Shown here: piece by piece, positions 36,021 through 46,824 of the stretch | Position numbering within the stretch: position 1 is the first letter of the stretch | How the letters are laid out: each line of letters starts with the position of its first letter | Source: Macrostomum hystrix | Lineage: Eukaryota; Animalia; Platyhelminthes | NCBI GenBank assembly: GCA_950097015.1 | Contig: CATNEN010000024.1 | Coordinates: 1,860,001-1,924,000 of the forward strand | Reading direction: 5' to 3' | Length of the DNA stretch: 64,000 bases | Notes under the pieces: model-generated | What the model saw: the letters and a program-made list of their open reading frames with translations, nothing else | Told to the model about the DNA's origin: nothing | Database searches by the model: none | Position numbers and translations under genes: made by a program

Positions 36021-39000
36021 TAAAAAACGAATGCGCTAATAAATAATTCCCGCATAGCTTTACCTTCCGCAGTTTTAGACTTTAGTTGTATGCCATTAAT
36101 GAACGCACGGATTACGTGATTTGTGCAAATGAATGGAATCGTGTACTTGATTTGTTTCCCCATGCGTAACGCACAATGCGTATCAATAAGGTATTGCTCT
36201 AAGCTAGTGCCAAATGACTGGCATACCGAATGTAACATAGCCCAAGAGAAGTCCGTGACGATGACAGCGGGTAAATAGTCATGCGACATAATTGTACTGC
36301 TTGCTAGTGTGCCCAAATCTGCGCGGACAGAAAACAAAAAGTGTTGGATTGATTTGGTCCTATGCTCACTTGTTATCATTTCGGCCACAGGCACACCACG
36401 CGTCTGACCGTTATCGGAGGGCATTGTCAGCGAGTAAAGAAATATTTGGCTACCTGCGAAATTCATTCTCTTGAAAATGCTTCCAGTGGCATCTAGATGT
36501 AAAACACACTGCGGCCTACTTGTAACAAGTCTAAGCTGTCTTTCGAGGTACAGATGTACATGAAATGGATGGCGAGACACAGCTTGAATGTATCCGCGTA
36601 TACTCTTACTCTCTGTGTCTGTTTCGCTCAGTATTCGTTGCAAAGCAGCAATTTCGACTTCAACATTTTTATGCAGCCGTTCTTCTGCGGCCACCAACCG
36701 CTTCGCGTTTACCCGCCGAATGGCATCCAAATTTTTCGATCGAGAAAAATCATTTTCCTTTATCTCTTTATCTGTCATTTCCGAGAGTAGTCTATCATGT
36801 ACATCAGTTGGTGCTTCAGTTTCAAGTAGTTTTGCTATCCTTTCTGATTCTAATGGCGTCATTCTAGACATCGTTGGATGATTATGATTCTTCTCACCTT
36901 TAGAATTAACAACTACCTCCACAGGCTCATTTTCAGTTGGAAAATCTATAATTCTAAAATCGTGTACTATTTTGCATGCGGGATGCTGGCATAATGCGAC
37001 CTGTTTTACGAAATATTTTGGCTTTAGTGCTCTGAGATTTGGAAAGTTCACATATCGATTTTTAAATTTTAGAACACAGTTACTTGCTTCCACATTCAAA
37101 GAGCAATATTGTCGATAATTTTCACGAATGCAGTTTAGCCACCAAAGAGCGGTTCTCTGACATATCGAATGCATTTTTTCTCCCCGCCTGATAAAAAAGT
37201 TACTTTTCCACTGTCTCCAAGCTATTCGAAAATGAAAAATTAAATTAGTCATTGATTCGCTTTCACCACTCTCGAAATCAGCACCAACTTCAGCATTAGT
37301 AAAATCCCTTACTTCTGAATCATCACTCCCAGCATCATCACTCCCAGAAGCACTCATATCATCACTCCCAGCATCATCACTCACAGCATCATCTCTCCCA
37401 GCATCAACACTCCCAGCGTCATCACTCCCAGCATCAACACTCCCAGCGTCATCACTCCCAGCATCAACACTCCCAGCGTCATCACTCCCAGCTTCAACAC
37501 TCCCAGCGTCATCACTCCCAGCTTCAACACTCCCAGCGTCATCACTCCCAGCTTCAACACTCCCAGCTTCAACACTCCCAGCGTCATCACTCCCAGCATC
37601 AACACTCCCAGCGTCATCACTCCCAGCATCAACACTCCCAGCGTCATCACTCCCAGCTTCAACACTCCCAGCGTCATCACTCCCAGCTTCAACACTCCCA
37701 GCGTCATCACTCCCAGCATCAACACTCCCAGCGTCATCACTCCCGGCATCAACACTCCCAGCGTCATCACTCCCAGCATCAACACTCCCAGCGTCATCAC
37801 TCTCAGCGTCATCACTCTCAGCGTCATCACTCTCAGCGTCATCACTCCCAGCTTCAACACTCCCAGCATCATTACTCCCAGAATCACTCATATCATCACC
37901 ACCAGCATCATCACTTCCACGAGCAGGCCCCACAGAAGCAGCAACAGCACCACGGGCAGGCACAGCAGAAGCAGCAACAGCACGACGGGCAGGCACAGCA
38001 GAAGCAGCAACAGCACGACGGGCAGGCAGAACAGAAGCAGCAACAGCACGACGGGCAGGCACAGCAGAAGCAGCAACAGCACCACGGGCAGGCACAGCAG
38101 AAGCAGCAACAGCACCACGGGCAGGCACTGCAGAAGCAGCAACAGCACGACGGGCAGGCACAGCAGAAGCAGCAACAGCACCACGGGCAGGCACAGCAGA
38201 AGCAGCAACAGCACCACGGGCAGGCACAGCAGAAGCAGCAACAGCACCACGGGCAGGCACAGCAGAAGCAGCAACAGCACGACGGGCAGGCAGAACAGAA
38301 GCAGCAACAGCACGACGGGCAGGCACAGCAGAAGCAGCAACAGCACCACGGGCAGGCACTGCAGAAGCAGCAACAGCACGACGGGCAGGCACAGCAGAAG
38401 CAGCAACAGCACCACGGGCAGGCACAGCAGAAGCAGCAACAGCACCAGGGGCAGGCACAGCAGAAGCAGCAACAGCACGACGGGCAGGCACACCAGAAGC
38501 AGCAACAGCACCAGGGGCAGGCACAGCAGAAGCAGCAACAGCACGACGGGCAGGCACAGCAGAAGCAGCAACAGCACGACGGGCAGGCACAGCAGAAGCA
38601 GCAACAGCACCACGGGCATGCACAGCAGAAGCAGCAACAGCACCACGGGCAGGCACAACAGAAGCAGCAACAGCACGACGGGCAGGCACAACAGAAGCAG
38701 CAACAGCACCACGGGCAGGCACAGCAGAAGCAGCAACAGCACCACGGGCAGGCACAACAGAAGCAGCAACAGCACGACGGGCAGGCACAACAGAAGCAGC
38801 AACAGCACCTCGAGTGGATCTTACGACAGCAGATTTATGATAAGCAGTATTCTTACTTTTCGAAACAGAAGATTTTGACTTACCGAATATTTTACGCTGA
38901 TAATACAGCCAGACAACTCGACGGTTTTCAATAGTGTTCTTTGCTGAAAGCTTGCTCAGAATTTGCCCGCAAGCACCATAGGGACAGCGAAATGATTTGC

Positions 39001-39130
39001 GAAGGCACTCATCACTATAGTCTTCAAAATATTCAGGCGACAGTTCAAAAAAAGAAATGCGTCGATTGTGGGTTGCTTTGCAAATGCAGAAAATTGAAAG
39101 TAAAGCAATGATGCGAAGACTGAAAATCAT
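35981..39130 (-). CDS. N-terminal part of the MULE/NOF-type DDE transposase (Zn-finger-like DNA-binding domain, first two catalytic Asp, CxxH)
   Basis: CQHPAC...KNHNH (WRKY/GCM1-like finger); LHLDATGSIFK; FLYSL; PVAEMITSEH; IVTDFSWAML; FICTNH. Overlaps the downstream ORF by 40 nt in the -1 frame. Confidence 0.9.
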   Translation of the reverse strand: MIFSLRIIALLSIFCICKATHNRRISFFELSPEYFEDYSDECLRKSFRCPYGACGQILSKLSAKNTIENRRVVWLYYQRKIFGKSKSSVSKSKNTAYHKSAVVRSTRGAVAASVVPARRAVAASVVPARGAVAASAVPARGAVAASVVPARRAVAASVVPARGAVAASAVHARGAVAASAVPARRAVAASAVPARRAVAASAVPAPGAVAASGVPARRAVAASAVPAPGAVAASAVPARGAVAASAVPARRAVAASAVPARGAVAASAVPARRAVAASVLPARRAVAASAVPARGAVAASAVPARGAVAASAVPARGAVAASAVPARRAVAASAVPARGAVAASAVPARGAVAASAVPARRAVAASVLPARRAVAASAVPARRAVAASAVPARGAVAASVGPARGSDDAGGDDMSDSGSNDAGSVEAGSDDAESDDAESDDAESDDAGSVDAGSDDAGSVDAGSDDAGSVDAGSDDAGSVEAGSDDAGSVEAGSDDAGSVDAGSDDAGSVDAGSDDAGSVEAGSVEAGSDDAGSVEAGSDDAGSVEAGSDDAGSVDAGSDDAGSVDAGSDDAGSVDAGRDDAVSDDAGSDDMSASGSDDAGSDDSEVRDFTNAEVGADFESGESESMTNLIFHFRIAWRQWKSNFFIRRGEKMHSICQRTALWWLNCIRENYRQYCSLNVEASNCVLKFKNRYVNFPNLRALKPKYFVKQVALCQHPACKIVHDFRIIDFPTENEPVEVVVNSKGEKNHNHPTMSRMTPLESERIAKLLETEAPTDVHDRLLSEMTDKEIKENDFSRSKNLDAIRRVNAKRLVAAEERLHKNVEVEIAALQRILSETDTESKSIRGYIQAVSRHPFHVHLYLERQLRLVTSRPQCVLHLDATGSIFKRMNFAGSQIFLYSLTMPSDNGQTRGVPVAEMITSEHRTKSIQHFLFSVRADLGTLASSTIMSHDYLPAVIVTDFSWAMLHSVCQSFGTSLEQYLIDTHCALRMGKQIKYTIPFICTNHVIRAFINGIQLKSKTAEGKAMRELFISAFVFYCIRRLLKRLKLP
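37320..37910 (-). repeat. 15-bp minisatellite (reads GSDDA/GSVDA/GSVEA in the transposase frame)
   Basis: Plus-strand unit ACTCCCAGCGTCATC / ACTCCCAGCATCAAC. Confidence 0.95.
37920..38810 (-). repeat. 33-bp minisatellite, about 27 copies (reads AVAASAVPARR/G in the transposase frame)
   Basis: Plus-strand unit CACAGCAGAAGCAGCAACAGCACCACGGGCAGG. Confidence 0.95.
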
Positions 39131-39695
39131 GGTTAAAAATACGCTCGTATATTGATATACTAGCAGACGATTGAAATCAGCTTTTCTGAAGGCTTTATAC
39201 TCGAGAATTTATGCATGGCTTGTTCGGATAGGGATATGAGATAGCAAGCAAAAAGCATATAAAGCAGCTGATTGGATAGCCCAGCTACTAGTGTAAAACA
39301 GAGCACGGTACACACCCAAGTACACTTATTTTGTCAGGCATTAAATTAGCAATAAAGCATAAGGACAAAGCACTAATAACTAAATGCAATAGAGGATAAG
39401 CAATCGACACTATAAAATTCGAAGCAACATGCACACATGAGGCTTGAAATCTCAACACTCAACTTCAAACGCTAAAGCCTCAAAAGCCGACAAACATAAG
39501 AGGGCATTAGTACTTCAAAGAATAAAAAACAATAGCAAAAACCAGATCCAACATGCAAAATAAAGACCTATGTGCACGACAAGGCAAAAAATTATCCTGC
39601 ATTACCAATTGCGCAATACATCTCAACACTTCACGCAACTCAACGCTGACAATACGCAGGCATCTCAGAGTGAGGGTGTTGTATTGTGCCCACTA

Positions 39696-42600
39696 TAAAA
39701 TGGGAGATATCAGAGTGGGGGGGACTCGAGGGTCTACAACTCCGAAACGCGACTAGTTAGGGCTCTGAAATTTTACAGCCGTGTTCACAGATAATGTTTC
39801 CTTCCAGATCTGAGTTTTCAGCCTCGTCTGACCACCAGATTCAGTGAGGTGACGAAAAGTACTTTTAAAATGGGAGATATCAGAGTGGGGGGGACTCGAG
39901 GGTCTACAACTCCGAGACGCGACTAGTCAGGGCTCTGAAATTTTACAGCCGTGTTCACAGATAATGTTTCCTTCCAGATCTGAGTTTTCAGCCTCGTCTG
40001 ACCACCAGATTCAGTGAGGTGACGAAAAGTACTTTTAAAATGGGAGATATCAGAGTGGGGGGGGACTCGAGGGTCTACAACTCCGAGACGCGACTAGTCA
40101 GGTCTCTGAAATTTTACAGCCGTGTTCACAGATAATGTTTCCTTCCAGATCTGAGTTGTCAGCCTCGTCTGACCACCAGATTCAGTGAGGTGACGAAAAG
40201 TACTTTTAAAATGGGAGATATCAGAGTGGGGGGGACTCGAGGGTCTACAACTCCGAGACGCGACTAGTTAGGGCTCTGAAATTTTACAGCCGTGTTCACA
40301 GATAATGTTTCCTTCCAGATCTGAGTTTTCAGCCTCGTCTGACCACCAGATTCAGTGAGGTGACGAAAAGTACTTTTAAAATGGGAGATATCAGAGTGGG
40401 GGGGACTCGAGGGTCTACAACTCCGAGACGCGACTAGTCGGGGCTCTGAAATTTTACAGCCGTGTTCACAGATAATGTTTCCTTCCAGATCTGAGATTTC
40501 AGCTTTTTTTGACCACCAGATTCAGTGAGGTGACGAAAAGTACTTTTAAAATGGGAGATATCAGAGTGGGGGGGACTCGAGGGTCTACAACTCCGAGACG
40601 CGACTAGTCAGGGCTCTGAAATTTTACAGCCGTGTTCACAGATAATGTTTCCTTCCAGATCTGAGTTTTCAGCTTTTTTTGACCACCAGATTCAGTGAGG
40701 TGACGAAAAGTACTTTTAAAATGGGAGATATCAGAGTGGGGGGGACTCGAGGGTCTACAACTCCGAGACGCGACTAGTTAGGGCTCTGAAATTTTACAGC
40801 CGTGTTCACAGATAATGTTTCCTTCCAGATCTGAGTTTTCAGCCTCGTCTGACCACCAGATTCAGTGAGGTGACGAAAAGTACTTTTAAAATGGGAGATA
40901 TCAGAGTGGGGGGGACTCGAGGGTCTACAACTTCGAGACGCGACTAGTCAGGGCTCTGAAATTTTACAGCCGTATTCACAGATAATGTTTCCTTCCAGAT
41001 TTAAGTTTTCAGCCTCGTCTGACCACCAGATTCAGTGAGGTGACGAAAAGTACTTTTAAAATGGGAGATATCAGAGTGGGGGGGACTCGAGGGTCTACAA
41101 CTCCGAGACGCGACTAGTCAGGGCTCTGAAATTTTACAGCCGTGTTCACAGATAATGTTTCCTTCCAGATCTGAGATTTCAGCTTTTTTTGACCACCAGA
41201 TTCAGTGAGGTGACGAAAAGTACTTTTAAAATGGGAGATATCAGAGTGGGGGGGACTCGAGGGTCTACAACTCCGAGACGCGACTAGTCAGGGCTCTGAA
41301 ATTTTACAGCCGTGTTCACAGATAATGTTTCCTTCCAGATTTGAGTTTTCAGCCTCGTCTGACCACCAGATTCAGTGAGGTGACGAAAAGTACTTTTAAA
41401 ATGGGAGATATCAGAGTGGGGGGGACTCGAGGGTCTACAACTCCGAGACGCGACTAGTCAGGGCTCTGAAATTTTACAGCCGTGTTCACAGATAATGTTT
41501 CCTTCCAGATCTGAGTTTTCAGCCTCGTCTGACCACCAGATTCAGTGAGGTGACGAAAAGTACTTTTAAAATGGGAGATATCAGAGTGGGGGGGACTCGA
41601 GGGTCTACAACTCCGAGACGCGACTAGTCGGGGCTCTGAAATTTTACAGCCGTGTTCACAGATAATGTTTCCTTCCAGATCTGAGTTTTCAGCTTTTTTT
41701 GACCACCAGATTCAGTGAGGTGACGAAAAGTACTTTTAAAATGGGAGATATCAGAGTGGGGGGGACTCGAGGGTCTACAACTTCGAGACGCGACTAGTTA
41801 GGGCTCTGAAATTTTACAGCCGTGTTCACAGATAATGTTTCCTTCCAGATCTGAGTTTTCAGCCTCGTCTGACCACCAGATTCAGTGAGGTGACGAAAAG
41901 TACTTTTAAAATGGGAGATATCAGAGTGGGGGGGACTCGAGGGTCTACAACTCCGAGACGCGACTAGTCAGGTCTCTGAAATTTTACAGCCGTGTTCACA
42001 GATAATGTTTCCTTCCAGATCTGAGTTGTCAGCCTCGTCTGACCACCAGATTCAGTGAGGTGACGAAAAGTACTTTTAAAATGGGAGATATCAGAGTGGG
42101 GGGGACTCGAGGGTCTACAACTCCGAGACGCGACTAGTCAGGGCTCTGAAATTTTACAGCCGTGTTCACAGATAATGTTTCCTTCCAGATTTGAGTTTTC
42201 AGCCTCGTCTGACCACCAGATTCAGTGAGGTGACGAAAAGTACTTTTAAAATGGGAGATATCAGAGTGGGGGGGACTCGAGGGTCTACAACTCCGAGACG
42301 CGACTAGTCAGGGCTCTGAAATTTTACAGCCGTGTTCACAGATAATGTTTCCTTCCAGATCTGAGTTTTCAGCCTCGTCTGACCACCAGATTCAGTGAGG
42401 TGACGAAAAGTACTTTTAAAATGGGAGATATCAGAGTGGGGGGGACTCGAGGGTCTACAACTCCGAGACGCGACTAGTCGGGGCTCTGAAATTTTACAGC
42501 CGTGTTCACAGATAATGTTTCCTTCCAGATCTGAGTTTTCAGCTTTTTTTGACCACCAGATTCAGTGAGGTGACGAAAAGTACTTTTAAAATGGGAGATA

Positions 42601-43037
42601 TCAGAGTGGGGGGGACTCGAGGGTCTACAACTCCGAGACGCGACTAGTCAGGGCTCTGAAATTTTACAGCCGTGTTCACAGATAATGTTTCCTTCCAGAT
42701 CTGAGTTTTCAGCTTTTTTTGACCACCAGATTCAGTGAGGTGACGAAAAGTACTTTTAAAATGGGAGATATCAGAGTGGGGGGGACTCGAGGGTCTACAA
42801 CTTCGAGACGCGACTAGTCAGGGCTCTGAAATTTTACAGCCGTATTCACAGATAATGTTTCCTTCCAGATCTGAGTTTTCAGCCTCGTCTGACCACCAGA
42901 TTCAGTGAGGTGACGAAAAGTACTTTTAAAATGGGAGATATCAGAGTGGGGGGGACTCGAGGGTCTACAACTCCGAGACGCGACTAGTCAGGGCTCTGAA
43001 ATTTTACAGCCGTGTTCACAGATAATGTTTCCTTCCT
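39696..43037 (-). repeat. Right-arm satellite array, same 170-bp unit inverted, about 19.6 copies
   Basis: TAATGTTTCC recurs from 39792 to 43023 (19 x 170 + 1 nt from one extra G). Confidence 0.98.
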
Positions 43038-43506
43038 TATCATTGCTCTCAGCTGTATATCATGTACGAGTAATAATCCTGCGAAGCGCAAAAGTGAGGT
43101 TATATTTTTAGTTTTTTTGATGAAGTTTACGATGATTATAAAAATAATAAATTATACAAACACATTTAATGAGGTGAGTTTTGAGTTGTGATTTTAGTAG
43201 TTGCGATATTTAGTAAACCGCTTTTTGTATTCGTTTACTTAGTTGGTTGAGCAAATTTGTTTTATTCTATGAAAAACATATATTAGAAAACGTTTTGTGA
43301 AAGTAAACGATTTTTTGTGTGTTGTGCGCAAGTCCGTCGATATTTATTAATTTTATTCTCAATAATGATATTTTCGGACCGATATATAAGTATTTCATCT
43401 GTTAGAAGTCTTTTTATTAGTTGCTTGTCGATTTTTTGTTGGCTATAACATAATTTTTTTCTGGTACTGGTTCTGGTACTGGTTCTGGTACTGGAAGTAT
43501 AGACGT
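43037..43506 (-). repeat. Right TIR, unique outer part with three inverted 12-bp subterminal repeats
   Basis: Reverse complement of 27897-28367. Confidence 0.95.
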
Positions 43507-45394
43507 CCATATTTTTATACCCATGTTGCATGTCCACAGGTTTTTGACATTTATTCCAAAAGGGATTTCTAAAAATGAGCCATCATAAATTTTATTAGCT
43601 CTTTAAGCAATAATTCATATGATAGGCTTCCCTTTTAACCTTTTAGTAAGCCTATAGCTAGCTATAGCATAATTAATAGCCATCTTATCTTCTGTTCTAC
43701 TCTAGGGCCTATATCATTGCCATTGTAAATAAGATTTAAGAAATGCTTTAGGGTTAGTATAGAGCTACACAAAAACAATGAGCTTTCCTTTGCAAAGCAA
43801 TCACATTAGGCCTAGAATTCTATTTGCTAAAGAAATAGAGCAGATATACTGACAATAGCTAGGCCCTAGTATAGCAGCCAGCTTAGGTTAGCTAGGGCCT
43901 AGCTAGCTACATAGGTCCAATTCATGTAGCCTGTAGCTGACTAGCTGTAGTTGTAGCTAGAAAAGTTGATTTCTAGAGTTCACTTCATAATCACTTTAAT
44001 CAATTGACAATTGGTCACGACAGAATGCCGCATCTTCAAGAACCAAGTAGTGCCTCATATTAAGGGATACATTTTTGCCAATAGGCCTAGGCTAACTGCC
44101 GTTTTAATTTGTCCTTGTGCTAGGTTTAGTACAAAGATTAGGCCTACCCTATTTAATTATTATTTGTACTAGTGAATTGGATCATTGGAGACATGAATCA
44201 AATTCATTGCCAATTGAAATACATTAAGCCTACAGAGATGGCGATCACCATGTACAGGTGATTATCTCTGAAACTACTAGTCCAATTTGGTAGGAATTTG
44301 ACACGGTATCATATCTCGGCTGCTGTATGGAGAATATAAAGTTTCGACACTCCGAGTTTGTTTAATTTTATAGAGTTTTTGATTCATCGAATATCAATCT
44401 GAATATCCATGGGGAAACATTATATTTTACAATACGAAGCCTTATAAATAAAAAAGAACATGTTCTCGGAACAAAGAACATGTTCGGAGTTGCCTATTAG
44501 GCGACCGTCGCGCATGTTCGATGTAGCCTAAAGTCGTTAATACTGATCTTCAGGCAAGTCCGGATATTTTTGTGAAATGTTTTGACTCTGCGCTAAAATT
44601 ATCACAGCGATTGCCTACCTTGATTAAAAGATGCGGATTAATTTTTCGTCTCAACAAAAAAATGCTTTTCTGCGAAAGCTAGATTTAAAATTCCGTGCTT
44701 AACCGGGACTATTCTTCGTTAAACTGTTAGATTCTTTTTTCCCTTTTTACTTTTAACAGCCTTAGTTGAAGCTAAGCACGTGAGTCCCAAACGTTGGATA
44801 AGGTCACAGATGAGAAGCTATAGCATGTGTTTCTGAACAGGCAATCAATTACCCCGCTCCCAATCCTGCATTGTCAAGTGAAATATTTTCAAACAATTTT
44901 TTTGCCCTAAATTTCTTAGAAATTCAAACAATGTTATTCATTGTTACCCATTGGACACATTTTCAAAAAATAAGTATTGTCTATAGGAACCGCTCTGGTT
45001 TTCTGACAAATTTTTTTAAACCGACAACAAAGAACATACACACAAGCCGACTGGGATATCTTTTGTGACACCTGGGCGAAAAATCCTAAAAGTACTCTGT
45101 ATTCAGCTTGCATTCCAATGTGTTTTTTCCTAGAAATATCACTTTATTTCTAAAAATCGTGACTTTTCACAGAGGGTCAAAACATTTTTTTCATTTATGC
45201 TAACGTCTGAGTAATATCAATAATAATAATAATAACTATTGTGCAAGAACTTTTTTCTTCTTAATGAATGATTCCGCATTGGTGTGTTTCACAACCCCAT
45301 TTCCAGGCATCCAAGTATAAATTGTACTTTGTTAACTCAACTTGACTTACTTATCGTCATTTTGATGCCTTTACTACAAAAATATTTGAACCCT

Positions 45395-45655
45395 CAGGTG
45401 CTTCACAACCAACTCTCATGTGCTACAAGACCTTAACTCTCAGGTGTTTCAAAACCCCAATTCTCAGGTGTTTCAAAACCCCAATTCTCAGGTGTTTCAC
45501 AACCCCCAATTCTCTGGTGTTTCACAACCCCAGTTCTCAGGTGTTTCACAACCCCAGTTCTCAGGTGTTTCACAACCCCAGTTCTCAGGTGTTTCAAAAC
45601 CCCAATTCTCAGGTGTTTCAAAACCCCAATTCTCATGGTGTTTCACAACCCCAAC
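45395..45655. repeat. 24-bp minisatellite GGTGTTTCACAACCCCAGTTCTCA
   Basis: About 10 copies visible; gives the VFHNPSSQ-type pseudo-ORFs. Confidence 0.9.
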
Positions 45656-45799
45656 TCTTGATGAATCTTAAGATATTTCTCAATACAGTTTGGTTAGTGG
45701 CAGCCGCAGGGCCTTGGCCAGCAGTAATAAAGGTTGTCCAAGCGTTACACGCCGCGGGCATGCTGCAGGAGTAAAACGTCGCGCGCTCCCGCTTTTAAT

Positions 45800-46310
45800 G
45801 ATTTATGCCGCAGCAGCTGGTAGGCATTAAGGGCACGGGGGGAGTTTCGCAACCAGCTTTACTCTCTCAAAATCTTTTTGCACGCAATGCGATCGTGTCT
45901 TCCTCATTGCCGCACCGTGCACACACTCTAAACCCAGACTGCCATCATGCCCCACTGCGTCCCACGGAGGGGGTCTCAGATGACACCAATCCCACCCTTT
46001 ATCGGAATTGCACAAACGCTCACTGAAATGTGCCAGGCGAGGAGCCCCATGCAGAACATAACTCGGTAGACGCAATGGGATAAAAATGGCGCAGCCACTG
46101 ATGCCCGCCCGCTAGATTGGCCCGGACAGTGGCCATCTATATAGCGATCCTCAAGTCTGCGCAGAGCCAATTGGGAAGAAGGCCAAAGTCGCCGCTCGCT
46201 TTCCTGATCCCTTCTTGCCTCAGTTGGGGCAATCAGGCAGTGGGAGGCTGGGCAGATTACCAGAAGCGGCTTAGATCGCTGGCTTTGACTCTGGCGGGAC
46301 CTAGCTAGCC
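45800..46310 (-). pseudogene. Possible decayed LINE ORF2 C-terminus
   Basis: Minus-strand pieces in different frames read RVCARCGNEEDT and HDRIAC, resembling a C-x2-C...H-x4-C knuckle; several stops and frameshifts. Confidence 0.25.
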
Positions 46311-46824
46311 TATACTATAGTGCTGCGTCTGCAGCCTGCCTGCCAGCGTTTGGAAAGCATTAATCCAATCGTTCGATGCCAGGATGAAGTCGATGGAGAG
46401 CAAGGATTTCTGCGACTACCGTGCGTAAGACGCGTGTAATTTTGCATTGCATGACTGCATGCATGGATCTCTCTATGAGCTGAACCAGCAATTGGTTGGA
46501 AGTATGCACAGGTCCGATATGATCCGATATTTGATTTGAATATGATATGAGTCTAGTGGTATTAGGAACTCAAATCCGGCCGTTTTATTTGTACTCTGTA
46601 GTGCGTCGTATATTCGCGACGCTATTACAAGCTATAATGACCAGCAGGTGGGGTGCTAAAATGTTCTTCTTAGCTGGGAAGCCAAGCATTGCTGATTTAA
46701 AGTAATTCGTTATGTTTCTCTTCGCAAAAAGCACTTTAAATTCGCGGAAAAAAGGCTGTAAGGTTTCTCGTGCTCAGGGTTTCCAATAAATACCTTTCTA
46801 CTTACGCTCGTGTATTAAGGCCTA

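Larger units (their letters stand above)
37222..38883 (-). other. Probable phase-1 GT-AG intron (1662 nt, multiple of 3, stop-free) holding the 33-bp and 15-bp repeats
   Basis: Donor TTCG|GTAAGT at 38884/38883; branch-like CTAAT, pyrimidine tract TTTTTCATTTTCG and AATAG|CT acceptor at 37222/37221. Splicing gives ...YYQRKIF-A-WRQWKSNF.... Confidence 0.7.
27897..43506 (-). mobile_element. Giant Foldback/NOF(Rehavkus)-like Mutator DNA transposon, 15,610 bp
   Basis: Termini ACGTCTATACTTCCAG...CTGGAAGTATAGACGT are perfect inverted repeats; 8-bp direct repeat CCATATTT at 27889-27896 and 43507-43514; inverted arms carry the same 170-bp tandem array; the core encodes a MULE-type transposase. Confidence 0.95.

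Noticed and set aside
36021-36028. Canonical programmed -1 ribosomal frameshift site
   Set aside because: The TTTTTTA heptamer is phased as TTT TTA in the downstream frame, not the upstream frame, so it does not fit X XXY YYZ.
36012-36063. 52-nt intron (GTAAAG...CATCAG) repairing the frameshift
   Set aside because: A phase-1 donor would join a phase-0 acceptor and give an immediate stop, and it would delete a helix expected after CxxH.
37381-38808. Poly-Leu/Val ORFs (168 aa and 306 aa)
   Set aside because: Alternative frames of the same 15-bp and 33-bp repeats inside the transposase intron.
28368-43037. CRISPR array or centromere call for the 170-bp repeats
   Set aside because: No unique spacers or cas genes and the context is eukaryotic; the arrays are bounded by TIRs and a TSD. 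Centromeric function cannot be read from the sequence.
27897-43506. hAT or Zisupton/KDZ classification from the 8-bp TSD and SUMO protease
   Set aside because: The DATG, TDFSW, CxxH and N-x2-E motifs and the modular long TIRs fit MULE/NOF; no hAT dimerisation, SWIM/SAP or KDZ motifs were seen. A phylogeny is still needed.
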